From Marsupella aquatica (taxonomy: Eukaryota; Plantae; Marchantiophyta): DNA of 64,000 bases. The stretch lies in assembly GCA_973895155.1 (NCBI GenBank), contig OZ316898.1, positions 10,622,286-10,686,285 on the forward strand, read 5' to 3'. Below, piece after piece: positions 51,973 to 64,000 of this stretch. Below the pieces are notes generated by a model. The model was not told the origin of the DNA, did no database searches, and saw nothing but the letters and a program-made list of their open reading frames with translations. The position numbers were made by a program, and so were the translations under genes. Within the stretch, counting starts at the first letter, position 1; every line of letters starts with the position of its first letter.

Positions 51973-54900
51973 GTTAGGTTGAAAGTACTCCCAAGTTTTG
52001 TAAAAGTGAACAATAACAGTTTCTCCCCAATAGATGGCCCCGATCAGATCTTGGAGACAAACAAAAAGTGGAAACTGCCACCAAGGTCTTGTAAAGTCAC
52101 CCTAAGTACACAACTAAAGGGCGGGTGGGGGTGGCATTACTGTGGCCTGACCCTTCACTATGAGGGTGAAAGAACAAGTTTAGTACACCTAACAATGTTA
52201 TGACCCTGTCTGTTTTACAACTGAGACTAGCAGGCTGGAGAGAAATCCCCACAGACCACTATAGCATGATAGGGCTGGGTTGTCCCCCAAACTTTCCTCC
52301 CACATCCTGTCCAAATGTACTATGGACATCTGATGTCAGGGCTGCCATTCTTATGCAAAGAAAGGTACTGTAGTGGAGGAATGGATCTTGCATATGAGTG
52401 TAAGCAAACAAGCTCCTATAGTACTAGTGTAATAAGACTGGAGTAAACAATACTATGGGAGTTGTGTAATTATAACAAATAATAGGTACGTAGTGTTGGG
52501 ATAAAATCTAGACGGAACAAGATAGTGTCAACAGCTGTGAAAAAACAACTATTGACAACAATAATGAAATTATGTGGTTCACCTGTCTGGGCTACGTCCA
52601 TGCCCACAAACCAATTACACCCGCCATAATCGGGGCCATAGTCAACATGCTGGAGCTCCTCCTCTAGGCATCTCACTCCTTCTCCCAAAGATTAAACCTT
52701 CAAGTGTGAGCACTAGTTTGCATTCCCCTTAGGTATACCACCTCCTATGGTATGGGAACCTGGGCGCAAACAAGTGCTATCATAGTCTGTTAAAGCCTAA
52801 CTAGTACTATGAAAGTAAATAGGTTATACAAGAAGCATGACCTAACACATAAGAGGACCAAGTGATTCATTTGACTCTAAACCTGTGCGCTTTGTGAGTT
52901 TTGAAAAATTATTTGTGAAAGAGTTTTCAGAATCACCTACGCTCCCTTGCAGATGTGAGTATTAACATATAATTGGTGCGAGTGGGAATTTGGTGTTACT
53001 CACAGTAAGAGGGGAATCAGGCTTTTAAACACTAGTTCAATTATGCTTGGCCCAGGGATTTCCTGTACGTGTAACCTAGGGCACCCACCTTCTTTCCATT
53101 GGGCAAAACAATTGTTTCAAATGCATAAAATTAAATTGTAATAGCACTAACTCAGGAGTGTAGCCGACAATTTGCTTAGCCAAAATTAGTTCAAGTGACA
53201 GTAATTGCACTGAATAGTGTGAATACCCGCAAGGTTTGAAGCAATAGGGGGTCTCAAACCTCAAAACGTTTATGTACCCTAAGTACTACGTTATGGTTGT
53301 GGACAGAAAGTCTAGGACTTCCTAATTCATAATCCAATACTTTTGGACATTAAAAATGATCATATGCCATGACTGTAAGTCAGTGTAGAGGATCATGCAA
53401 AAAACTAAAAAGTTACTGCCATATCTTTTTTGGCCAAAAAACATCATTCATCCTGAACAACGAAGGTTTGAGGGGCCCTAATCTCTTTTCTATTTAGTGT
53501 AAATTCTTTATTGCCAAAAGCCATCCTCTAGTTACTGCAATCTCTCTGGCAAATTTCATTGTCACAAATAGACACATCATGTTTGACAAAGCATAGAGTC
53601 TTTTAATTCATTCCAAGAGAAAACTTAAGAAATTTTGAGACTTGTAAGAAGGTACAGTCTTCTTTTGTCATCAATTTTTAGAATATTCTAACCTATCAGG
53701 GGTACTTAAAAAAATTCTTACATTTTAGGAGATCCAAGGCGCAAAAATGTTGCAGGTGATGGAGAGGCCTCCATCATTCTAATGATGCCCCTAATCCATT
53801 TTTTTATTGCCAAAAGCTATCACCCGTAATAGTGAAGCTTTGAGATGCCCTAGTGTCTAGTCTAGGCAAAGTGTACTCTATTTCTCATTGCAATGGTAGC
53901 TACTCCGATCATAACCTAAAGTGGACTCTTCTCGCAACAGCAGTGGCTGATCATAACTTCAAGTCTTGGGGGTTTCACTTCTGCATACATGGCACATCAC
54001 GTGCAATGAAGAATATAGTCATTTTATTAGTTTTTGAAGGGAAGAATTTAAAATTTACATGGAAAAACTTTCACGCCGTTTCAATCAAATTGTAGGACTT
54101 GTAAGAAAAGACAGGGTTTAAAAAACCAATGTCTCCTAGAATATTCCAGATAATTAACAGGGGTAAAAATTCCCCAAAAATCTTTTTTCTTGAGTTGTAG
54201 GGTGTATGAGGCCTAAAAATGTCGTAGATGATGGGGTCACCATATAGTGAGAACCCCAAGCCTGAACTGAATTGTAGCAAGTGACAGAAGTGCACATTGC
54301 ATAGCAACCAAATGATGGTTTATTTGTTCAAAGCTAGAGTCCCCTTTAAAAAGATGAATTGCATTCAATCAAAGATGAGATTGCTGCCATAAGGAACACT
54401 TGCACCTGCATTTGCATTTCAGAGATTTAAGAGGGGTTATTTAGTGTCATCTCAAATGTTAGGGATAGTTGGTGAATTTTTGGTAACTTGTGGAGGTAGT
54501 ATGCTTATTTTCTTGCAAAAAAATCACTGAGCCTCTCTTTGGTTCTTATAGTTGTTGTGGCTGCTGGCCTTGATTCAGTCCTCTCCTGTACTGTGGTGGG
54601 CTTGAGGCATAATAATACTGTAATGGAAGAGAATCTGAAGATATTTAGCAGCAAAAAACATTGTCACTGCGGGTGAACTATAAGCATTCTTATGATATCC
54701 ATCCCCAACATTTGCTCAGATAGGATTCATAAGCTTGGATGGGATGTATGAAAACTTTAAGCTTGAATGACCTGATATATTTTATAAAAGCCAAAATATT
54801 CTATGTTTTGTGTTATTAAACACTTTTTTAAATATAAATTTGTAAAATTTAATTAAAATAGTATCAAAATACCTATTTGGAAAGCCACTCTGAGTATTCA

Positions 54901-56324
54901 TCCCAACAATGGTAGCACAACCAGTGATTTGGGTAAGCTAGAGCCAGCCTTGACCTGAATTACTAAGTAGTTAGGTGAGTAGACAGGGTAGTTGTGTTGC
55001 TTTGCCTGCCCACGGGCAATTTGACAGGAGTGCTCAGTGTACTGGACTACTCATGTCACTAGCACTAGTATGCCGCCTATCAGGGAGGATGGGAATGTTT
55101 GCCCCTTCTACTGGATCAGGTTTTGGTTTCATTTCATTTCATGTTAGTGTTTTGGTGTTTGACCTCGATCCACTCTTGGCTTAGGTTGTTTTTTGGTGAT
55201 CTTGGACTCCCTGAGGTATTTGGTGTTGTGGCACTTGGTTGACATGTGCCTCAGCCCATTTAGGTTTGTTTTCTCTTTTCTTGGCTGGTCTTTACCTAGC
55301 CACAATTATAAAAAGTAAACAAAACATACCTGGTTTGGATCATAGGCGGGCAGGATCCCCACAGCCTTAAACCACAAATCGTACTACAAGTACTCCGGGT
55401 GACCCGGAGTAGACATAACAAAAATGCGACATTCGCATTTGCGGACGGGCACCCATCGCCAGCCCTTCGATCAAAGCTTGCAGAAATCTTATCCGTCCAC
55501 CAAATGACCCGATCCACGGTTCAAATTCAAGATCTACGTATACAAAAAAACCAGGATTAAAAATGATAAAAAATAAGAAAGAAAATTGTGAAACACAAAT
55601 GCAGTGTTCTGATTGGCAGAGCCACAAATTCAAATTTGAAAATTTTGGGGCAGGTCGGGCAGGGGACATCTGGCCTGCGGAAAATGCCTGTCGCAGGGCT
55701 CCTTTGCGGGTGCGGCCAGGCGCCCATTTGGTCGGGCAGCACAGGCCTTTGTTGTGTGGGACATGCGGCCAAAGAGGGCCCCGGCCCTGCCCTTGTGGGC
55801 CTGAGCGGCCTTCATTAGTTTAGATATAGTTTTCGTTTTGTTCTTTTCGAAGATTTCCCCTAGCGTGTAGGTTCAAACTCCTGCCTGTGTACTTGAGGTC
55901 TCAGGTTCAAAACTTGCAAGTGTCCTGTGTGTGACTTAGACCTTTTTGGCAGCTGCAGTGTGCGCTGCCCTATGTGGGTAGCGGAAAAAATTCTGCAACG
56001 TGAGTTAGTGCGGCGGCTGGTTAGGGAACGTGTTAGGGTTACTAAAAAAAATGCTTTGGACGACCAGGATCTAAGGGGATGTAGCCAATGGGGAAGAGGG
56101 GTAGAGGGCTGGCAGGGGGCAAAGAGCCTGTGTGCTTGCATTCAGTCCTCGTTGTCCTCCCCAATTTTTTATTCTCTCCTCTTACTACCTTTCTACTTGT
56201 GTTCAACTTGAGGTTTTTTGGTGCAACTTTGTAGTCGCTTGCCGGGTTGGACTTGGCATCCGGTCTCCGTTCTCCGTTTAGAGCTTATAGGTTTTTTTTA
56301 GTGTAGGTTTTAGGATAGGCTAGT

Positions 56325-59300
56325 ATGAGTATGCCGGGTCACCCCCCCCTCTTCCGGATGGGAGGCGGAAACGCCCCCCACAGGGTGGTGGTCCACCAAG
56401 GCAGCGATATCAGAGTGATGACATCGATTACAAGAAGAGGCAGAGACCGGATGCCAAGCCCGAAATCCGGGTCCCACTTGACCGGTGGGATGAGTGGGAG
56501 GACCTTAGAGCTCTACTTGGACAGGATACGACCCACTCTACTGTGGTCACATAGTTACTTGATCGTGCATGGCCTATAGTTCAGGAGCTTCGGGTATGGC
56601 GAGCAGCTGAGGCCGCTCCAATTCCACCCGAGGCTATGCCTTCGCCCACAAGTGGTCAGCACATGGGTCAGGCTTCACAGTCATCACTTCAGGTGGGAAC
56701 CTCCTTTCATTTACTCAATATTTGCCCATTTTAGCAATTCATTTTGGCCCTTTGTATAAACCCATTGATTTAGGCTTATCCTGTACTATGCTTCTTATTT
56801 GAAACATAAATAATAAATCACATTTGAAGGAAAATGAAAGTCTCCCATTGTACCAAGAAGCATAATTATTTATATTTGAATATATAAACCCTTCATTGAA
56901 GCTCGTGCTGTATTGTAATTTCCATTTGAAACAACTATGTAGTAAACCTGATTAGGTCAGATATTAGGGTACTCAAGGGTCATAATAAACAAGCACATGT
57001 ATTTATATTTGAATATATAAACCCTTCATTGAAGCTCGTGCTGTATTGTAATTTCCATTTGAAACAACTATGTAGTAAACCTGATTAGGTCAGGTATCCT
57101 ACTCGGTATCCTAGTACTCAAGGGTCATAATAAACAAGTACATCTATTTATATTTGAATATATAAACCCTTCATTGAAGCTCGTGAATTTGTAATTTCCA
57201 TTTGAAACAAATATGTAGTAACCCTGATTAGGTCAGCTATTAGGGTACTCAAGGGTCATAATAAACAAGCACATTATTTATATTTGTATGTTCCTTGGGT
57301 TCAAGCTTATGCATATACTGTGATTTCCATTTGGGTCATGCCTTGGGGGTCAGGTTTGTGTTTATTGAAGAAAATTGGCATCAATAACCCTCCACCAATA
57401 TGGTCAATAATTATTGGTCAAACTCTACCTTAGGATTTGTTGTAACCATATTTGGGGAGTATTTATTTTTGTGTAATCCCAACATTGTCTTCCAGGATGC
57501 ACTACTCGAAGAGGATGTTGTCTTAGATGAGAATATTGCAGAGCAATATGGATCAGATGCAAAAGATGAAGCCATGTATCGGGATGATGATCCAGATGTT
57601 GTTGCAGCTTTAGGAGCTGACCACATTGGGGATGGGGATACCTTCCAGGTTTGAGCTCTTTCACATTATCCAAGGCTTCCCATTACAATTTTGCAATTGT
57701 TGAGACACAATCTCTAATTCATATCCGTGACATTTTTTACAGGAATTGTTCATCGTCCCTGACTCCCAGACGTCTCGACCTTCTCCAGATGTAGACCCTC
57801 AGCCATCTCCAGAGGCCAATGATCAGCCATCCCGGAATGCAGACTCTCAGGCATCTCGCGCACCTGACTCTCAGCCGTTATGACCTCCCGACGCACTCCC
57901 AACTCGTAGAACGAGCCCTCGTGTACCAGCCAAGGTAGCATTTTTTGATCGCAACTTGTTGGGTACTTTTGTTGACAGGCTACTACCCCGGTGTCATATA
58001 CATGCATGTCCTCGGATCCCAAGAGTTGAGCGAGTGTTTGAGTTGCATCAGTTGTGGTCTATTCATATTTTTCGTGACATATAGTATCGTAGCCATAGTG
58101 TATCGAAAACATACAAGTCACCGGCAAGGCATATGTGCAAGCTGCTAGCAACCAACATGCATAGAAAAAGTCCAATCACATTCACAAGTGCCAAGAAAAA
58201 GTAAATGAAGTGGTATGTATGTAGTGGAGGTGTAAACCTCTGTATATATAAAAGGCGTAAGAGAAACAATTGTACTGAAATCAAATCAAAAACCGGCAGG
58301 ATGCCAATATCGGCCGGGAGCATCTAATGAATCACTGTGTGAATCCCGTGTACGGAACCGACGAGCACTGTCTGAGCTCTGTCAACAGTGATTCAAGAAG
58401 AACTGAAAAACCCACAAACAAATACATGCCCTAAGTAAACAAAGTCCTGGCGTCACACTAACAAGCGCGTTTGCTTCAAGAACGCCTGGCATTTGCTATA
58501 AGAACATGTCGCTAACTCAAGTCATACACTAGCCCTAACTACATACCTAGCGGGCATGCGAGGGACATGCCGATGTGCATAAGAGGCACTGTCCCTTGGC
58601 ATGACATATTGGTTGTGGAGAGGATGGACATGGCTGGACTTTTGTTACGGGTGACAATGAGCCTGGGAGGAGTTCGCCTATGATTACCCTTCAGTTGTAT
58701 CATTCCACCCTTTGTGCTGGCCTCACCTATACCTCCTTGGCTGCTGTTGCCGCGCATCTTGGATTACATGTCCCCACTGCAGTTCATTGGCATGACTTTC
58801 AGAGTGGTCGTGGTCGTCCTCGGGGTGGATGGATAGCAACTGTGAGACAGTAATGGGAAAAAAACAAAAAGGCATATGTGGCAGCAATTGAGGGATACTA
58901 TTCAGCAGAGGCGAGCGACTGAGACTAGTAAGTAATTTATTTTACCCTCTTTCACTTTTTCTAGTTACTCAAGGGTCAAAGCCTTATTGGGTCATGATGA
59001 CTTTTGATTCTAATAGTTTGTATATGCATTGGTTATGATAGACCCTGGGTTAGTAGTGTATTTGGATACTCGATGGGATTCTTCTCGGAGCGGTTATCAT
59101 GGTACCACCTCTATTTTGAGCATGGAAGATAATAGGGTAATTGAGATGGTCACAATTACTAGAAGAGAGGAGAGAAATGCTTGGCACATAGAGGACAAGG
59201 GTACTCAGAGGGCATCGGATAATCTGATAGAGGCTGGCACTTCTATCATAGAGGTTATCCATGATGACAAAGCCACTATTGATAATATTGTGGAGGACAT

Positions 59301-60390
59301 GGAAATTAGGAACCAGAAGGACTTGTGACACAAGGCCAAAAACCTTGTCAAGAAGTTTGTGGAAAAGATGGTGAGCGCCACATATACTGTGACTATTGAC
59401 ATTGATACTGTCGATCTTGTTCTGAGTTGCAAGCAGTAACCGCTAAGAGATTACAGGATTGGCTCAAGGCATGGGGAGTGAGAGGGTATTCAACCCTTAG
59501 GAAGGAAGCACTTGTTCACAAAGTTGGCGACATGCATGGATTGCCTCTAGGTGAACTAGTACATATTCCGACACGTGGTCTCAAGTACCCAGAGTTGTCT
59601 CAGCACAACATTGCCACAAAGTTCAAGACCTGGTTTTATGTATGTTGTCGATGATGTAAGAGCAGGTATTTATAGTGTTCATGTTTGGTGAATTTTCAAT
59701 TTGATATAATGTGTAAATACTAATGTTGGTTTGGTTTGGGTTTATTTTATCCTAATTGACTATAGAATGTTCAATATGCAGTGGGGGGGACACTACATCT
59801 CTGGCCTTCGAGTTGAGCAACTGTGGTGATCATTGGGCCGGGGATCATAGCTTATGTGCAAGATTATATGACAGACCTTGTCAGCATCTTGAGGAACCAG
59901 GAGCTATCCAGCTTGACCATTACTATGCAAGAGGTAAGTAATTTTGTGACCTCCTTTTGTGACTTATGTCACATGTTAGCATGATTGAACTTCCATGCAT
60001 GACTTTTTTATTGAATTTTTGTACTTTGTGCATGTAGGTGGGGAGACTCACAAGGCTATGCAAAAGTTCATGAAAAAATACATTACTCCCGCGAAGATGA
60101 GGTTTTATACCATGGCCCGGGAGAATTTCATGTCAGAGACCTACCATTCCGTCATGGGCAAGTATGCCATCAAGCGTATTCATTTTTCGGCAAGCCATGA
60201 GGCCCGTTTGTGTTGTGCTGCCATGGATTGGAACGAGAATATAAGAAGACATGTTTGGAAGGTATATGATCGCACACCTGTGAATACAACTGTCAGAGAG
60301 CGTCCTCCTCGAACACGAGTATTGGTGGACCGCACCACTAGTTGGAAGGACACAACAAGTGAACGCATTTATGGTGTGACAAGTCCATGA
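56325..60390 (+). pseudogene. Decayed, intron-containing Kolobok-type (Mutator-like superclade) DDE transposase
   Basis: Spliced translation gives N-terminal IRVPLDRWDEWEDLRALLG and a Cys/His block GCGEDGHGW..LYHSTLCAGLTYTSL...LGL. Candidate catalytic motifs are LVVYLDTRWDSSRSGYHGT (D1), IEVIHDD (D2), KDL*HKAKN, DHWAGDHSLC and NFMSETYHSVMGKYAIKR...ARLCCAAMDWNEN (E). It carries several in-frame stops and frameshifts. Confidence 0.8.
56867..57290. repeat. Tandem repeat, 3+ x ~135 bp, inside intron 1 of the transposase pseudogene
   Basis: atttatatttgaatatataaacccttcattgaagctcgtg... occurs at ~56867, 57001 and 57146, with a partial copy at ~57277. Confidence 0.9.
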
Positions 60391-60904
60391 GGTAAGACAC
60401 TCCTCCATAAATATGATTGCAATCATAAAATGTAATGATAGGGTATGTTTGAGGTAATTCTAATTACAAATTGTTTTTTTGCATGATGATTTCATGTCAT
60501 CCTAGATGCTCAGCATTACCACCCAAGTACTGTCTCTCTATAAGGTCAGCCTACATATGGAGTAACACCTCCATATATGACCTCAGCTAACATACCTCAT
60601 GTGAGTGAAAATTGTGACTTGTTCTTTTTGGAAACAATTCATTGTAGTGTGAAAATTTGTCATTTTGTGTACCTCAATGCTAATTTTATTGTTTACCATT
60701 GCAGGGATGATTTCCTTGAGGAGGGCTGATACCTGGCACCACTTGTATTTCAGCCTTTTTGCATGGATAGTGTTAGCAATCCGGACTTGGGGGGTACCCT
60801 ATTACTATCAACTTGGAATGCTATGCCAAAATTTCAAACTTTTATAAATTATGTTTTTTGTCAATTTTTTTCATACCATGCCCAAACAGTCCAAGTTATA
60901 AGAC

Positions 60905-61286
60905 TGAGAAAAGTTTAGAAGTGGAGCACCAAGCGAGGGAATGAGTAAAGTTTGTGGTTATTGAATGACATATGGCATTTCTGGGCAGCTTTGAGAGGTA
61001 GTAATCATCTGGGTCCCTTTGCCAACCTAGTGATGGAATGAGAAAAGTTTAGAAGTGGAGCACCAAAGTGAGGGAATGAGTAAAGTTTGTGGTTGACATA
61101 TGGCATTTCTGGGCAGATTTGAGAGGTAGTAATCATTTGGGTCCCTTTGCCAACCTTGTGATGGAATGAGAAAAGTTTAGAAGTGGAGCACCAAAGTGAG
61201 GGAATGAGTAAAGTTTGTGGTTGACATATGGCATTTCTGGGCCGCTTTGAGAGGTAGTGATCATTTGGGTCCCTTTGCCAACCTTG
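60905..61286. repeat. Tandem repeat, 3 x ~128 bp, downstream of the transposase
   Basis: gagaaaagtttagaagtggagcacc... occurs at 60906, 61040 and 61168. Confidence 0.9.
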
Positions 61287-63838
61287 TCTCATTTTGGTTT
61301 TCATTGAATATGTTAACATCTGAAGGGAATTGATCTTTTCATGCTGCCAAACAAAAGCAAGAGTTGTCTCCCTGTAACAGGTGCAATTGTGATGCACAAT
61401 ATTTCAAACAAGAGTTCTCCTCTTGGAAAAATTGCAATTGTGGTACTCTAACCCATGTCTAACCCATGGCCATGTCACTAGAAGAATCCGAGGTGAACTG
61501 AGACCGCAATATGTGACTCATTTTGGCTCATGTGACTTCATTGTGACTCAACGTGACGTGACCCACGCTGTGACCCTTGGAGTTGGAAAAGTTGAGACCA
61601 AAAAATGGAAGTCACTATTGATACTAGGCTTTGCAACTTGCTTGATACCCATTTGTGACTGATCTGTGACTTTATTGTGGAGTCTAGCCTTGTTTCTAAG
61701 TGACTGCAATATGACTTTAACGAGTCACATGGTAACTCATATACATGACTTGCTCGCATTCAACAACGACTAGCGTGTGACCATTTAGTGTCACAGGAGA
61801 GACCAATGGAGACCCTGGCCCGGGTCACACAACAGAACCATTTGGGACTCTATATACTCATGTTTATAACTAATAAGGTTCACATGCAAGTTGTAACCAT
61901 GACTAATGAACACAGAGGGACAGTTCATAAGGAGAGAGAGCACTCCACATTACAATACATGTACTCCCAAGGGGAATTGAACCCCTTTTGCTGCCAACCA
62001 GCAGGTGTAATGCAGTAGATTAGTTGGAAATGATGGAAAATTTATAAATTTTGAACTTTTTGTAACTCAAAGGTGTAATATAGCTACCTTTTGTAGCAAT
62101 TTAGATCAACTGAACACTTTACCTGATGTTATGCTTCATCGGAGGCTATTGCCTCTATTGGACAAGGATCGCCATATAAATCCTTGCTCTTTGCATGCTA
62201 CCAAGAAAGAAGACTGGACATCATTGGAGAAGCAATGCAGACTAGAAGATTCAAGAACCGGACTCCAAAGCACTTCATCAAAAATGAGCTCTGTGTGCAA
62301 TTACCACGATCAGCCGATCTCTGATATTTTAGTTAAATAGTTCTCATGGTCAGAAAAGTTTCATACTTTTTCAGGAGGTAGTCATTACGCAGTAGAATCA
62401 TCCCTGAAAGTTTCAGCTCAAGCCGACTTATAGCTAGGAAGTTAAAAATGTTTGAATCTGCTAAGTTTTTGCTGCACCGCGATTACGTCTTTACGAGTTT
62501 ACGCTTTTACGTGTATACGCGTTTATGCCTTCAACACTTAGAATTTTTTTTCCGATTTTCTGTAGTTCTTTATTTCCGGTACTTTTTGGTATTTTATTGA
62601 AGTACCTAAACACCTCAGAAAAGTCTGAGATTTTACCAGCATGAAGACTATACCTAAGAGAATACTCTGGGAACCTTTCATCTCAAACTGATATTTGATT
62701 TAGAAACTAAAATGAGGACAAAGCCACTATTCATTAGTTTTACCGTAATGTCACTTTTACATTAGTTCACATTTGCAATACCTTTTGGTTAGTTTTATAT
62801 ACTAGGAACCCTCATGTGACCCTTAGGTACTACTGTAGCACACCTTTGTTATTTTTACTTTAGTTTAAGAACCCTTGAGGCATGAAAGGGCATGTCCTTT
62901 CATTTTCTCTCTCCTTGGGTTTCTACCAGCCTATATAAAGTAGAATTTATGTCATTTGAAATGTGAAAGAATTATGTAAGCACTATGTTGCAAATTTGTA
63001 GCATGACAAGGCTTCACTTTGTAGAGAGAAACTCTATATTTGCATGAGTGATTAATACAAAGGAATTCTTCCCCCTTCCTTGTGTTTGAATGTTGGAGAT
63101 CAAACCAGAGAAGTAAAACCTTGTGAAATGGTGAAATCTTTTGAATGTATGGAGATAGATTCCTTAATTGGTGAAGGCTATACATTTCTAAGTTCTTGAT
63201 GCATAAGTTTTTGGCATGACATTGCTTTTGCACGGGGTGCAAAGAATGTTATTGACCAATTACCTATGACTTTAGTTTGACGATGATGGTGTTCATTATT
63301 CGTGACTCGGAGTACCGACTGGATGCTGAAGTGATTGGTTATTAATCCTAACTGAGTACCTTGGAAGGAAAGGTTAAGATATGTTGACGGTATTTTAATA
63401 ATCATCCTAGTAAAGTATTTCATTCCAGAAATGTTCTTGCGAATTTTTCACCTTAAATCATCACAAATTAAGTGTTGTTGAGGAGTTACCTTGGTCTATT
63501 CCAGACTCCCTCATCATACCTCAAGATTTTCTTGTGTTTTGTTAATTTATTCCATTTTGTTAATCGTATTTATAATGTTAAGCAAACATTTAAATCTATG
63601 CCTTGCTGAGCATCCATAGTAAAAGGCTCACCTTTGTGTTTTCGACACCTTAGTCATTCATAAGTGTTAATTGATAGAAAACCATTCCCAACATGTTCTT
63701 CCATGGGAACGAATACCGAGTTTTGGGCATTAAATGCTAATTTATGTCCTTAATGCAATACTACAGCAGGAGTTATACTCTGCAAACAGTTTATTAGAAG
63801 ATCTTGGCGGAAATTTCAAACAAATGTGAAACATATAT

Positions 63839-64000
63839 CACTACTACACTATTGGCCCCTTTTGCGAACCCATACACATCGCAATCAACAAAGGCCCGAT
63901 AAATAGAATTCCGACGCTTGCGAACTAACACGCATCGCTACACCATCCCAAATTGCGAAGTTAAAACCTTCGCACGTAGACCATCGCAACACCATGAAAA
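63839..64000 (+). mobile_element. Probable terminus of a CACTA (EnSpm) element, truncated by the window edge
   Basis: Begins CACTACTACA and is followed by clustered short subterminal motifs (catcgc, ttgcga) in both orientations. The partner TIR is not visible. Confidence 0.6.

Noticed and set aside
50560-53000. Possible LTR or primer-binding sites (tggtatc at ~50832, tggtgcg at ~52974)
   Set aside because: There is no adjacent TG...CA LTR boundary or paired LTR.
52700-62900. TIRs and TTAA TSD for the Kolobok-like element
   Set aside because: The TTAA sites I checked on either side gave no matching inverted termini, so element boundaries are not reported.

Overview
Eukaryotic nuclear DNA with GT-AG introns from a land plant. 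DRM and PLAT1-type genes are plant hallmarks, and their divergence suggests a non-seed plant such as a bryophyte (inference). Four intact protein genes were reconstructed by hand. (1) Exosome subunit RRP4: 7 exons, minus strand, 2985-5879. (2) An intronless 863-aa fungal-type DUF6604 protein: minus strand, 10453-13044, a horizontal-transfer candidate. (3) A secreted single-PLAT-domain protein: 2 exons, 21744-23437. (4) A DRM de novo cytosine methyltransferase: 8 coding exons, 37174-40426. It has four UBA-like modules and a natural Arg at the position of Arabidopsis DRM2 C397, in a DNMT3-like TINTR loop. The rest is repeat-rich: a decayed, spliced Kolobok-type DDE transposase gene (56325-60390) with an inserted HeH/SAP-like module, two TIR elements with intact target-site duplications, LINE and Gypsy remnants (one LINE RT amplified into a minisatellite), a probable CACTA terminus at the right edge and many short tandem duplications. 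All homology calls rest on recalled family motifs, not database searches.
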